Source: a virus | Lineage: Duplodnaviria > Caudoviricetes | Length of the DNA stretch: 60,365 bases | Reading direction: 5' to 3' (one strand) | IMG/VR virus record: IMGVR_UViG_3300050138_000232 | Coordinates: 1-60,365 of that record | In this document: in pieces, positions 1 to 9,603 of the stretch | Position numbering within the stretch: position 1 is the first letter of the stretch | Layout of the letters: the number at the start of each line of letters is the position of its first letter | Position numbers and translations under genes: made by a program | The notes under the pieces: model-generated | What the model was told of the DNA's origin: nothing | Seen by the model: only the letters and a program-made list of their open reading frames with translations | Databases searched by the model: none

Positions 1-127
1 TTTTTTATTTTTCGGTGAAAATCGGAGGGTCGGCGGGCCCAGGGTCTGAGTGCGGGGAGGCCGCCTTCGAAATTTATTATAAAAATTTTTCGCGAGACTA
101 CAGCCAGTGACAACTCGCAATACGCAA
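1..127. repeat. Terminal direct repeat, copy 1 (identical to 60239..60365); likely circular-assembly overlap
   Basis: First 127 nt match the last 127 nt exactly; 127 is a common assembler k-mer size. Confidence 0.95.
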
Positions 128-224
128 TTCGTTGCCAGTTAGTCCTTCCTACTATCCGGCTATAAATCGCATATTCGTAGAGAGACGTGCACGTTCGTAA
201 TTCGCTAATTTTTGCTAATAACAT

Positions 225-245
225 AACTACCACTACGGGGTAGTT
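225..245. promoter_or_regulatory. Box A operator, perfect-arm copy AACTACC-N7-GGTAGTT
   Basis: Inverted repeat; its reverse complement matches 24670..24687 at 18/18 nt; lies just upstream of a predicted -35. Confidence 0.8.
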
Positions 246-250
246 TTCAC

Positions 251-279
251 TTTACATCCTCGCAACTCCGTGCTTCACT
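251..279 (+). promoter_or_regulatory. Sigma70-like promoter of glycan operon (TTTACA-17-TTCACT, extended TG), probably leaderless
   Basis: ATG at 286 is 7 nt after the -10, with no SD. Confidence 0.5.
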
Positions 280-285
280 CACTGC

Positions 286-441
286 ATGGAAAATTGCAAA
301 ACATGTCTGCAGCCTTTACCCGATAATCGCATCGACGCGATCCCTCTCAATCGTGATGAACGCTTCGAACCGCACTGGCTCTTCGCGCATCTGTTTGACG
401 AGCACGGCAACGTTGTCGAACGCCACGTAAAACGCGTATGA
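286..441 (+). CDS. Small hypothetical protein (51 aa, MENCKTC..., CxxC)
   Basis: Read manually, below ORF-track cutoff; ATGA overlap with next gene. Confidence 0.65.
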   Translation: MENCKTCLQPLPDNRIDAIPLNRDERFEPHWLFAHLFDEHGNVVERHVKRV

Positions 442-1268
442 ACTTCATCCTGTGGATCGTCTCTCCCAACGGCTACCCACACTCACGGTGTTTTGAAGAA
501 GTCGCGCAATCCTTACAGGAATCTTTCTCGATGCTCGGCCACACGGCAATCATCCTGAAGCGCCCGCCGGAATTCCACTATGAAGAGCTTAATGTAATCA
601 TCCTCGGCGCCAATCTTCTCCGCTCGCAAGTTCCGAACGATTGGATCGTCTATAATCTTGAGCAGATAACGCCGGAATCGCCGTGGCTCACGCCTCAGTA
701 TATAGACCTGCTCCGCTCCCATCCGGTATGGGATTATTCGCGCAATAATATCGAAGCTCTTAAGTCCTATAACATAAACGCAAAACTTTGCGAGATCGGC
801 TACTCGCCATGCCTTACGAAAATCCCTGCTGAAGATCAGGATATCGACATACTGCACATCGGCAGTATGAACGACCGGCGGCAACACATACTCGACGATC
901 TCCAGTCGAAGCTTCCTGAAAATAAAGTCGTACTTGCTTTCAACTGCTACGGGACCGCACGGGACCGGTTAATTGCCAGGTCTAAGATAATTCTGAATAT
1001 TCACTTCTACGAAGCCAAGAACTTTGAGATAGTGCGTTGTTCGTATCTCATGGCGAATCGCAAAGCCATCGTCAGTGAGATCGGTAAAGATAAACAATTA
1101 GAGGAGCCGTATTATGAAGGAATTGCCTTTGATGATTATAGCAGCCTTAGCGCTCGGTGTATTGCTTTACTGGATAATGATCTTGCCCGTTCACAACTAG
1201 AAACACGCGGCTACGAGATTTTCTCATCGCGCTCTCAACATCTGTTCCTCAAAGAGGTGCTTGCATGA
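438..1268 (+). CDS. GT-B-like glycosyltransferase
   Basis: Motifs YNLEQ, VWDYS, DIDILHIGS, RSKIILNIH, FEIVR, IVSE typical of a GT-B C-terminal domain. Confidence 0.75.
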   Translation: MNFILWIVSPNGYPHSRCFEEVAQSLQESFSMLGHTAIILKRPPEFHYEELNVIILGANLLRSQVPNDWIVYNLEQITPESPWLTPQYIDLLRSHPVWDYSRNNIEALKSYNINAKLCEIGYSPCLTKIPAEDQDIDILHIGSMNDRRQHILDDLQSKLPENKVVLAFNCYGTARDRLIARSKIILNIHFYEAKNFEIVRCSYLMANRKAIVSEIGKDKQLEEPYYEGIAFDDYSSLSARCIALLDNDLARSQLETRGYEIFSSRSQHLFLKEVLA

Positions 1269-1696
1269 CTGTAATCGCGTGGGATGGTAAAAGTCTTTGT
1301 GCCGACAAGCGTGGGGTAGCTAACGGTTGGAAATTTACTATAACAAAGATATTCAAAATTGAAGAAGGTCTTGTTGGAATAGACGGTAACGCTGATATAG
1401 GAATACAACTGATAGAATGGTTTAAAGAAGGGGCCAATCCTAAGGATTATCCTGAAGTACAGAAGAATGATGATCGTTATGCTCACATGCTTCTTATAAC
1501 GCCTGAAAAGAAAATCTTAAAATACGAGAGGCAGCCTTACCCGATATTAATAGAAGAGCCTTTCTGTGCTTCTGGATGTGGGCGAGACTTTGCTCTTGCA
1601 GCATTATCTTTAGGAAAGAGTTCCAGGGAAGCGGTAGAATTGGCATCTCGTTTCGACACCGGTTGTGGTAATGGTATCGACGAGTTATTCTTATGA
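1265..1696 (+). CDS. Ntn-hydrolase / proteasome-beta (HslV)-like protein
   Basis: N-terminal MT(V)IAWDG..L.AD, A.G.G...AL.A and A...D..CG pattern; Thr2 nucleophile. Confidence 0.75.
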   Translation: MTVIAWDGKSLCADKRGVANGWKFTITKIFKIEEGLVGIDGNADIGIQLIEWFKEGANPKDYPEVQKNDDRYAHMLLITPEKKILKYERQPYPILIEEPFCASGCGRDFALAALSLGKSSREAVELASRFDTGCGNGIDELFL

Positions 1697-2595
1697 CAAA
1701 ACCTCTTCTTCCGACGTTTGACCGCATCACTCCCTACCTCCGTCAGATCGACGCCAACCGGTATTATTCCAACAACGGACCGTTGAACATTGAGTATGAA
1801 CGGCGGCTTTCCGAACTCTTTAAAGCACCCTGCGTCACCGGTTCAAGCGCTACCTCTCTGCTCACTGCAACTCTCATTGCTCTTAATCTTCCGCCAAGAT
1901 CCCTGATCGCCTGCCCGAGTTGGACGTTTGTTGCAACACCAGCCAGCATCGTCGCAGCTGGACACGTTCCGTATTTCGTAGACGTAGATCCCTCCGGTTA
2001 CATCAGGCCGTACTTCCACTCACTCACTGGAGCGATGATCGTCGTCGCGCCTTTCGGAAGACCGGTCAATACGGCTTACTGGGATCACTTCGCTCAAGAA
2101 TTTAACACCAGAATCGTCATCGACGCGGCGGCAGGGTTTGACGCGTTCTCCACCATCCACACACCCAAATCATGCCCTGTCATCATAAGCACTCACGCGA
2201 CCAAAGCATTCGGCACCGGCGAAGGCGGCTTCGTATCATCCCTTGACCAACCGCTTCTCGACAACATCCGTAGTATCTGCAATTTCGGACTCACAGCAGA
2301 CAAGAACGCTTCCCATCACGGCATTAATGGTAAGCTGTCCGAGTACCATGCGGCTATCGGACTCGCTGAGCTCGACGGCTGGCCGGACAAGCGCCAACGC
2401 TACCTCGACGCTCTCGCCCTTTACAATATAACCTACGCTACCTCGGTCATACCCGTCACAACCGGTGAAGGGCGAGCTCCCAACTACGGCTGTCATACGC
2501 TCGAAGTGTACAAAGATTTTCCGCGCACGTCGCTGCGTAATACTGAGAAATTAATCGCGACGACAACGTTTCTTCCGATAGGAATAGAGCCATGA
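1693..2595 (+). CDS. DegT/DnrJ/EryC1/StrS (VioA-like) PLP-dependent NDP-sugar aminotransferase
   Basis: YSNNGP, PSWTFVAT, IDAA, STHATK (catalytic Lys), GEGG and NGKLSEY motifs. Confidence 0.92.
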   Translation: MTKPLLPTFDRITPYLRQIDANRYYSNNGPLNIEYERRLSELFKAPCVTGSSATSLLTATLIALNLPPRSLIACPSWTFVATPASIVAAGHVPYFVDVDPSGYIRPYFHSLTGAMIVVAPFGRPVNTAYWDHFAQEFNTRIVIDAAAGFDAFSTIHTPKSCPVIISTHATKAFGTGEGGFVSSLDQPLLDNIRSICNFGLTADKNASHHGINGKLSEYHAAIGLAELDGWPDKRQRYLDALALYNITYATSVIPVTTGEGRAPNYGCHTLEVYKDFPRTSLRNTEKLIATTTFLPIGIEP

Positions 2596-3098
2596 TGATT
2601 ATTCACCGAAAGGAAATAGCGTTATCTAGAGGAGAATTCGCAATCGTTGATTATGAGTCATATGAGTATTTGAATCAATGGAAGTGGTTTTGTCATGTTA
2701 CCAAATGGGGAAAATATGCGTACAGGAACATAAAGGAGGGAAACTCTCGAAGACTCCAAATAATGCATCGTTTGATCACGGATGCTGGAAAAGGTGAGTA
2801 CGTGGATCATCGTAATGGTGACGGTTTGGATAACAGGCTCGCCAATTTAAGAATATGTACTAATGCTGAGAACGCTAGAAATTCAAGAAAGAGAAACGTT
2901 AATTCTGCAACTTCTAAATATAAAGGCGTAACATGGAGCAAGGCTCACGGAAAATGGATAGCTCAGATAAAAATAGATTATAAGAACATTTATCTAGGTA
3001 TATTCCAGTCCGAGAGAGATGCCGCGTTGGCGTATAATAAAGCTGCTGAGAAATCGTTTGGAGAATTTGCCAATATAAATAGAGAAGTATTTTTATGA
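2592..3098 (+). CDS. HNH homing endonuclease with C-terminal AP2 domain
   Basis: MHRLI...VDHRNGDGLDNRLANLR; SKYKGV.W...W.AQI...YLG.F...AA.AYN; AT-richer than flanks. Confidence 0.92.
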   Translation: MMIIHRKEIALSRGEFAIVDYESYEYLNQWKWFCHVTKWGKYAYRNIKEGNSRRLQIMHRLITDAGKGEYVDHRNGDGLDNRLANLRICTNAENARNSRKRNVNSATSKYKGVTWSKAHGKWIAQIKIDYKNIYLGIFQSERDAALAYNKAAEKSFGEFANINREVFL

Positions 3099-3724
3099 GA
3101 ATTTGTGCGATGCAACCGGCGTTTATACCTCCAGCTTCGTACTTCCGCCTGTTCGCTGCGACGGATCTGTTTGTCATCCTCGACAACGTCCAGTTCGACC
3201 GGCGGTGGTATACACATCGTCAGCAACTGACCGATCGCAACGGTAAGAAACAATGGCTGACACTTCCTATAAAACACACGCCTCGCGACACGACGAGAAT
3301 TCTTGATCTTGAATGGGCGGACGATTATCAGGACCGGTGGCTGTCAGAGCTGGATAAGTTCGCTTCCGTTGAGCATTTCCCTATCCCTCAAGGTCTTTCT
3401 CCCGTCATGTTTATCTGCACCGGTCTATTCAACACTTGCAACACGCTCGGCATTCCGCTTCATATAGCGACGTCGTCGGCAGTACCGATACCGGACGATC
3501 TTCGCGGGCAAGCGAGAATCATAGCGATATGCGAGTTTCTAAAAGCGACAACCTACGTCAACTCGCCTGGAGGCACGTCCCTCTACGACCCCAAAGCCTT
3601 TGCCGATAAGAACATCAAGCTTGAGTTCCTTCCTGAATGGACGGGCGATAACCGCAGCGTCATTGAACGGCTGACAGATCAATCGCCTGAAGAGATACGT
3701 GAGGATATCTATGAGCAAATCTAA
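3095..3724 (+). CDS. WbqC-like protein (putative glycyl/aminoacyl transferase for amino sugars)
   Basis: MQPAFIP...YF, FVILDNVQF, WLTLP, YVNSPGG..LY motifs. Confidence 0.9.
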   Translation: MRICAMQPAFIPPASYFRLFAATDLFVILDNVQFDRRWYTHRQQLTDRNGKKQWLTLPIKHTPRDTTRILDLEWADDYQDRWLSELDKFASVEHFPIPQGLSPVMFICTGLFNTCNTLGIPLHIATSSAVPIPDDLRGQARIIAICEFLKATTYVNSPGGTSLYDPKAFADKNIKLEFLPEWTGDNRSVIERLTDQSPEEIREDIYEQI

Positions 3725-4397
3725 ACTTCTCCTATTCGGCACCGGCGATCTTGCACAGATTGCCTTTGAGTACTTCAACGCCGACACCCGCTGCGAAGTC
3801 GCCGCCTTTGTAGTTGATCGCGAATATCTTGATAAGTCTGAGTTCTGCGGCACACCGGTTGTCGGGTTTGACGAAGTAACCAGCCTTTATCCGCCCGATT
3901 CGCATGCGGCGCATGTCTGCGTCGTCTATGGCGATATGAATCGCACGAGAGCTGCGACCATTGAGCGTTTCCGCGCCAAGGGCTACAAGCTCGCAAGATA
4001 CATCTCTCCTCACGCTTTCGTCTCGCCTTCAGCTATCATCGGCGAACATGCTTTTATCTTTGAGAACAACGTTATCCAGCCTCATGTAACTATTGGTAAC
4101 AATGTCATCTTATGGAGCGGCAACCATGTCGGACATCATTCAACAATCGGCAACAACGTGTTTATCTCTTCTCATGTTGTCGTCAGCGGTCATTGCAGCA
4201 TTGGTGATAATGTGTTTATAGGGGTGAATTCTACCATTCCCAACGGCTGCATCGTCGGAAAGGAATCTTGGATAGCGTATGGCTCTATCGTACCTCCTAT
4301 CGTTCCTCCTAATTCTTTTGTGAAGTCGGCGTCAAGCGAGTTCCTGCCGCTTAACGAGAAAGCCCTCGCACGGGCGCTTGCGAAGGTCGTCAGATGA
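3711..4397 (+). CDS. NeuD/PglD-family hexapeptide (LbH) sugar acyltransferase
   Basis: N-terminal GTG Rossmann-like domain, IG.N repeats, NHVGHH catalytic His; GAGGA SD before ATG 3711. Confidence 0.9.
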   Translation: MSKSKLLLFGTGDLAQIAFEYFNADTRCEVAAFVVDREYLDKSEFCGTPVVGFDEVTSLYPPDSHAAHVCVVYGDMNRTRAATIERFRAKGYKLARYISPHAFVSPSAIIGEHAFIFENNVIQPHVTIGNNVILWSGNHVGHHSTIGNNVFISSHVVVSGHCSIGDNVFIGVNSTIPNGCIVGKESWIAYGSIVPPIVPPNSFVKSASSEFLPLNEKALARALAKVVR

Positions 4398-5113
4398 AGG
4401 AGGAATTCAACAGGGACGGTTATGTTGTCAGGTCGTTTTACAAGACGAGCTTGGCGTTCAACCTGACCGAAGATCACCTCAAGGCAGTTCATTCCCGCAG
4501 CACCGACCAGTATATCGGCTACCTGCGGACTATCGCAAAGACGATGGATATACAGAAGCTGTTCACAATGGATCATGTTGTCAAAGCCCTCCTTGAACTC
4601 GGCGTATCGAGACCGTCCATGCCAACCGGACCGGTGATGAACGTCATGTCTCCCGGTCTTCGTATCCCCGGCGGCTATGATGGCACCAAGGCTCATCAGG
4701 ACTGGCCGTCTGTTCAAGGCAGCCTGGACATGGTCGTCGCGTGGATCGCGCTTACGGACATCTCCAAAGACAACTATCCACTTGAGGTTATCCCCGGCAG
4801 TCATCTGGACGGGTTGCTGCTTCCTAAGTACGAAGATGGTCATGTCGGTAATGTTATGGAGGTTGACGTAGATGAGAGTCGATTTGTCCCGATTGAATGT
4901 AAAGCTGGCGACGTTGTCTTTCTTAGTGGATTCCTTGTCCACCGGACGGGACACGGCAACAGGTTCCGCGCTGCCGTCTCTCAGCGTTTCGATAATGCTA
5001 ATGACCCCTCTTTCATCTCGCGTGGATACCCTTGCGCCCAAACACGAACGGTTGAGAGGGAGATACTCTGGTATCCTCCTACCGAAGAAGTAAGGAGCGT
5101 GTATGTGGATTAA
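4394..5113 (+). CDS. PhyH-family 2OG-Fe(II) dioxygenase
   Basis: HQD, WIAL, VIPGSH, AGDVVF...VHRTG...R motifs. Confidence 0.9.
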   Translation: MKEEFNRDGYVVRSFYKTSLAFNLTEDHLKAVHSRSTDQYIGYLRTIAKTMDIQKLFTMDHVVKALLELGVSRPSMPTGPVMNVMSPGLRIPGGYDGTKAHQDWPSVQGSLDMVVAWIALTDISKDNYPLEVIPGSHLDGLLLPKYEDGHVGNVMEVDVDESRFVPIECKAGDVVFLSGFLVHRTGHGNRFRAAVSQRFDNANDPSFISRGYPCAQTRTVEREILWYPPTEEVRSVYVD

Positions 5114-6023
5114 GCAAGGTCGAATATTCAACCTCGAACTCAATCCCTGTCGCACCACTCACGCGCAAGTTCCAACGCCTTTCGTATTCGATAACTTCAT
5201 TCGCGTTTACTACGCCTGCCGCGATACGCATAATCAAAGCTATCCGGCGTATTTTGATCTGTCTTTCGATTTGAAAACGGTCCTTAACGTCCACGAAACG
5301 TCTATCATTGAACGTGGCAAGCCGGGAATGTTCGACAGCGACGGCGTCATGCCGAGTTGTGTTGTACGAAACGGCGACGAGTTGTGGATGTATTACGTCG
5401 GGTGGAACGAACTGTCCAAGACGGCGCGGTATCACAACGCGACCGGCGTCGCAGTCAGCAAGGATGGCGGAGAATCGTTTCAAAGAATGTTTGATGGTCC
5501 TATACTTGATCGTCTTCCGCACGAGCCTGGACTTGCAGTGCTGCCGTTCGTGATGTTTGATGAACCTCAAGGCGTCTACAAGATGTGGTACGACAGTGGA
5601 ACAGCTTGGCATCGCGTCGGCGATAAGTATGAACCGGTCTATGTAATAAAGTACGCCGAGTCTGAAGACGGTGTAGAATGGGATAGATGGGGCGAGGAGT
5701 GTATCCGTCAGGAGTACGCGCTTGAAGCATTGTCACGTCCTTGCGTACTCAAGACCTCTGCTGGATACGATATGTATTATTGTTCGCGCCATTGTGATGA
5801 TTATCGCGGCGGACGCGGCAGCTATCGTTTATGCGAAGCTAATTCCACTGACGGTACTTATTTTATTCGCGACGATGATCCTGTTATTAAACGAGACAGA
5901 TGGGATTCCGACATGCAATGTTATCCTTACGTCATCGAGCTTAACGGGCAGAGGATAATGTTTTTCAACGGCAACGACTTCGGTCAGACAGGGATAGGGT
6001 TAGCGATATGGCAGGACGCTTAG
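5103..6023 (+). CDS. Five-bladed beta-propeller glycoside hydrolase-like protein (GH32/43/130 superfamily)
   Basis: Repeated MYY/MWY...A.S.DG..W/F blades; C-terminal YP.V...MFFNGN.FG.TGIGLA. Confidence 0.75.
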   Translation: MWIKQGRIFNLELNPCRTTHAQVPTPFVFDNFIRVYYACRDTHNQSYPAYFDLSFDLKTVLNVHETSIIERGKPGMFDSDGVMPSCVVRNGDELWMYYVGWNELSKTARYHNATGVAVSKDGGESFQRMFDGPILDRLPHEPGLAVLPFVMFDEPQGVYKMWYDSGTAWHRVGDKYEPVYVIKYAESEDGVEWDRWGEECIRQEYALEALSRPCVLKTSAGYDMYYCSRHCDDYRGGRGSYRLCEANSTDGTYFIRDDDPVIKRDRWDSDMQCYPYVIELNGQRIMFFNGNDFGQTGIGLAIWQDA

Positions 6024-6547
6024 AGACACTAAAGCCGTTACCGACAACTATCAACCTTGGTTGCGGCAAGACATACATGCCCAACTTTCTGAATATTGAT
6101 ATCGACCGCACAGTCAAGTCGGACAAGGTTATGGATATCTCCGCGCCGTTGTTCGGTTCAGGATTGCCGATAAACTATTTCAAAATAATCGCTGCGCACG
6201 ATGTCCTTGAACATATACCCAACCTTGTCCAAGCTATGACAAACTGCCGAGACCTGCTTGAAGAAGGCGGCATGATGGACATCATCGTGCCTTACGATTT
6301 GTCTTATGGAGCATGGCAGGATCCCACACACGTCCGGGCTTTTAACGAGAAGAGTTTCCTTTACTACTATGACTGGGCGTCGTATCTCGGCTGGAAGGAC
6401 TTCGGACTCAAGACTGTCAATCTGCAGTTCTATGTGCTCGAAGGAACCACGCTCACTCAGAAAGCCAACATGCACCCGACGATCCCGAGATCCATCGACG
6501 TGCTACGCGTTTACTTGCAGAAGACAAAACTACCGGAGGCAGCATGA
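6008..6547 (+). CDS. Class I SAM-dependent methyltransferase (Methyltransf_11-like)
   Basis: NLGCG motif I, NIDI, HDVLEH, L..GG...I.VP, DPTH. Confidence 0.88.
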   Translation: MAGRLETLKPLPTTINLGCGKTYMPNFLNIDIDRTVKSDKVMDISAPLFGSGLPINYFKIIAAHDVLEHIPNLVQAMTNCRDLLEEGGMMDIIVPYDLSYGAWQDPTHVRAFNEKSFLYYYDWASYLGWKDFGLKTVNLQFYVLEGTTLTQKANMHPTIPRSIDVLRVYLQKTKLPEAA

Positions 6548-7308
6548 CACAGACTTTCGAACGGCAGATGAGTGAGAAGGGTTGGTTCGTGTTTCCGGAG
6601 TTCGTGAAGCAGGATATGATCGATGAGCTTAAGACTGACTTGAAGTCGGCTTATGAGTCGTGTCGAAAAATCCAGGTAAAGAACGGTGTTGAAGGTAGCG
6701 TCGGCGCCGGACATCACATGCTTATATTTGGCAACAGTTTCATCAAGTACCTCGAAGAGTTCGAACAGTTAGACGCTTACGCACAGGCATATTTCGGCGG
6801 CAAGTATATCATCAACACGTTTGGCGGAAATATACTTGAAACCGGGATGTCTTACGCTAGTCACGTCCATCGCGATATACGATCGTACTCAGCGCATCTG
6901 CCTTTGATGTTGAACACGATCGTCATGCTCGATGACTTCACTGTCGGCAACGGCGCCACGCGTCTGATGAACAGAGGACACGTAATCTCTGACAAGCCTG
7001 ACCAGGAGCAGTTCGACGCGACGTCGTTCCATGTTACAGGCAAAGCCGGTAGTGTCGTGTTCTTCAATTCGAATATGTGGCACTGCGCAGGTGAGAATAA
7101 GACGAACAAGCCTCGTATGGCGTTGACGCCTGTCTTTTCGCGTCCGTTCATCAAGCCGCAGTTTGACTACCCTAGGGCTCTCGGTTACGACTATGGCCAT
7201 GCCTATTCGCCTTATGTGCGCCAGCTTCTTGGTTATAATTCCCGTATCCCTTCTACTTTGAAAGAATGGTACAGCACTGACCGGTTCTATAAAGGAGATC
7301 AAGGATGA
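6544..7308 (+). CDS. PhyH-family 2OG-Fe(II) dioxygenase
   Basis: HRD, LDDFT..NGAT, GKAGSV.FF...WH.AG.N...R. Confidence 0.9.
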   Translation: MTQTFERQMSEKGWFVFPEFVKQDMIDELKTDLKSAYESCRKIQVKNGVEGSVGAGHHMLIFGNSFIKYLEEFEQLDAYAQAYFGGKYIINTFGGNILETGMSYASHVHRDIRSYSAHLPLMLNTIVMLDDFTVGNGATRLMNRGHVISDKPDQEQFDATSFHVTGKAGSVVFFNSNMWHCAGENKTNKPRMALTPVFSRPFIKPQFDYPRALGYDYGHAYSPYVRQLLGYNSRIPSTLKEWYSTDRFYKGDQG

Positions 7309-8129
7309 ACCTATTCCCGAAAGAAACGATACCCTATTGCATCGTGGCTCCAAGTTACACGCACATATCAAGCGGAGTAAGAACACTTCACTTGCTGTGC
7401 CACGCGCTTAACGAGATGGGACAGAAAGCATTTATTATTGCTGACGACCCGAACGGGTTTGCGACGAATCCTCATCTAAACACGCCGATCATGGGAGACT
7501 TGCCGCAATACCAGAACTTCTATACTAAGAGCGCAGTCGACCCTATATTTGTTTATCATAACCTGATCAAAGGAAATCCTCTCAACGCCAAGCGGGTTGT
7601 GCGCTATCTCCTCGCACCGGCAGGCTCGTACAAAGGAGAAACGGAGTTCGGCGAGAACGACCAGATATGGGGAGCATTACCTACAATCGCGCAGGACGTG
7701 TTGCGTCTTCCTGTATCGGATACTAATATATTTTACGAAGACGGTGGACCGCGCCACGGTTCGTGCTTCTATTCGCTAAAGTATGACAAGATAACCGGCA
7801 ATGAGTTGCTCCCGATAACAGAAAATAGCACTCGTCTGGTTGGAACATTACATGAAGTGGCCGATATATTACGTCGTTCGGAGGTCTGTTATGTCTACGA
7901 GGTGACTTCTATACTCACCGAGGCTGCGTTATGCGGCTGCCCTGTCGTTCTTGTTCGGACTCCGCAGTTCGAAACGATCGATCCGGCATGTATGATGGGT
8001 TATGTCCGGTGGGATAACGGGGAACTGGTCAAGGATTGTGGTCATTACCTGCCTGAATATAACAATATCGTCTGGGCTTTCGAAGGTCAATTGCTGAATT
8101 TCGTTAAAAAAACACAGGCAATGCTATGA
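7305..8129 (+). CDS. WavQ-like GT-B glycosyltransferase
   Basis: AP.Y...SSGVR.LH.LCHALN, GNPLNA..VVRYLL, EAALCGCP. Confidence 0.7.
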   Translation: MNLFPKETIPYCIVAPSYTHISSGVRTLHLLCHALNEMGQKAFIIADDPNGFATNPHLNTPIMGDLPQYQNFYTKSAVDPIFVYHNLIKGNPLNAKRVVRYLLAPAGSYKGETEFGENDQIWGALPTIAQDVLRLPVSDTNIFYEDGGPRHGSCFYSLKYDKITGNELLPITENSTRLVGTLHEVADILRRSEVCYVYEVTSILTEAALCGCPVVLVRTPQFETIDPACMMGYVRWDNGELVKDCGHYLPEYNNIVWAFEGQLLNFVKKTQAML

Positions 8130-8851
8130 AAAACATTAAATCTCATCGTGAAGGTACGCTAGAGACGGTGAAATTCGCGCATCGTAAGGTGGATTATGAG
8201 CAATATTTGCTTAAATTATCTGCTCAGGGACGCTCAATTCCTGAATTATTGCATCATTTCCCTGCTTTTGTGGGAAAAATGACTTTGAATCGCTGTTTCA
8301 CCCTCTACGAGCTTTATAAATCCGTGATCGGTGTTTCAGGGCATATTGCGGAAATAGGTGTCTATAAAGGCTTCGGGAGCATACTTTTTGGCAAATTAAT
8401 CGAACTTTTCGAGCCTGAATCGCTCACAATGGTACACGGATTCGATCATTTCAAAGGTATAGACCCGACAACAGATGCTGCGTTGCAGGTTCCAGGAGGA
8501 GACGCGTCTGATGAAAGTCAATTACGGGAGATTATTGAACTGCAAGGACTCGACAACACGATCAAGATTCACAACCTTGATGCAACGACAGATTTTCCAG
8601 AGTTCTTTGAAAGCAATCCTCATCTTCGTTTTAAGTTGGTCTTCCTTGACAGTGGTACGTACAAAGTCACCTCCGCTTCGTTACAAGCGTTTTGGCATAG
8701 GATTACTCCGGGCGGAATATTAATATTAGATCAATTTAATAATGAAGTGGCTCCTGGTGAAACGGAAGCTGTGTGTGAGTTTTTCAAGAATCGTAAAATA
8801 GAAACTATCCCTAACAGCTGGATGCCAAATGCTTTCGTGAGGAAGACATGA
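8126..8851 (+). CDS. TylF/MycF/NovP-family sugar O-methyltransferase
   Basis: G.IAEIGVYKG, GFD.F.G, LV.LD...Y, PGG.L.LD, PGET.AV. Confidence 0.88.
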   Translation: MKNIKSHREGTLETVKFAHRKVDYEQYLLKLSAQGRSIPELLHHFPAFVGKMTLNRCFTLYELYKSVIGVSGHIAEIGVYKGFGSILFGKLIELFEPESLTMVHGFDHFKGIDPTTDAALQVPGGDASDESQLREIIELQGLDNTIKIHNLDATTDFPEFFESNPHLRFKLVFLDSGTYKVTSASLQAFWHRITPGGILILDQFNNEVAPGETEAVCEFFKNRKIETIPNSWMPNAFVRKT

Positions 8852-9603
8852 TCATCGACTCCTTCATATTCAACGACGAACTGGAAATGCTTTCGTTCAG
8901 GCTTAAGTATTTATGGGATGTCGTCGACAAGTTTGTAATCGTCGAAGCTGATAATACTTTCTCTGGAAAAGAGAAGTCGTTTAACTTCAGCAACGGCGAT
9001 TTCAAATGGGCGATGGACAAGATAGTTTACTTCCCAATCCGGATCGACACGGATGCAAATCCTTGGGTTGTTGAACACCGGCAGCGACGGGCGATCATTG
9101 ACGCCTGTCATGGGTTTTCCGATATCGACATTCTAATGTTGAGTGACATTGATGAAATCCCGTCGACACAGGCGGTTGAGTTCAGGAGAGACAACGCTCT
9201 TCTCTATCCTCTCACTTGCGATCAACTCGTAATTCCTTACAAGCTCGACTTCTGTCGTGAAGATATCGGCTGGCGCGGAACGATCATGTGCGATCTCGGT
9301 TATGCTCGCGAGATGGGAACACAGACGCTTCGCAATATGCGTCAACAGTTCTCACCCTTCCCGCAAGGCGGTTGGCATCTCACCTACTTCGGAGGGCTTG
9401 AACAGATCGTAAGTAAAGTGAAATCGTATTCACATCAGGAAAATAATAAGGAAGAATTTCTTGAGGGAGGGCACATCTCTAAATGTATTGAGACTGGTTC
9501 CAGTTTGTTCAAAGAAAACGCGGCGACCGGAATGACAAGGGTTGATAAATCCTTTTACCCTACTAACTTTATAGACAAGGCACCGGAAGGATGGTGGTTA
9601 TGA
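8848..9603 (+). CDS. GT17 (beta-1,4-GlcNAc transferase-like) glycosyltransferase
   Basis: D.F.FNDEL.ML..RL, VD.FVIVEA..TFSG, E..QR, SDIDEIP (DxD), GWH.TYFGG, SYSHQE. Confidence 0.9.
   Translation: MIIDSFIFNDELEMLSFRLKYLWDVVDKFVIVEADNTFSGKEKSFNFSNGDFKWAMDKIVYFPIRIDTDANPWVVEHRQRRAIIDACHGFSDIDILMLSDIDEIPSTQAVEFRRDNALLYPLTCDQLVIPYKLDFCREDIGWRGTIMCDLGYAREMGTQTLRNMRQQFSPFPQGGWHLTYFGGLEQIVSKVKSYSHQENNKEEFLEGGHISKCIETGSSLFKENAATGMTRVDKSFYPTNFIDKAPEGWWL

Noticed and set aside
4190-5158. 322-aa antisense ORF and other long antisense ORFs over Gly/Thr-rich genes
   Set aside because: Fully overlap well-supported + strand genes, have no recognisable motifs and are explained by codon bias
438-9603. Classic serotype-conversion or canonical DNA hypermodification locus
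   Set aside because: No membrane GtrABC/Oac/Wzy. No dNMP hydroxymethylase, TET/JBP, deazaguanine or PurZ genes recognised, and the dioxygenases are PhyH-type. DNA as acceptor is disfavoured, not excluded
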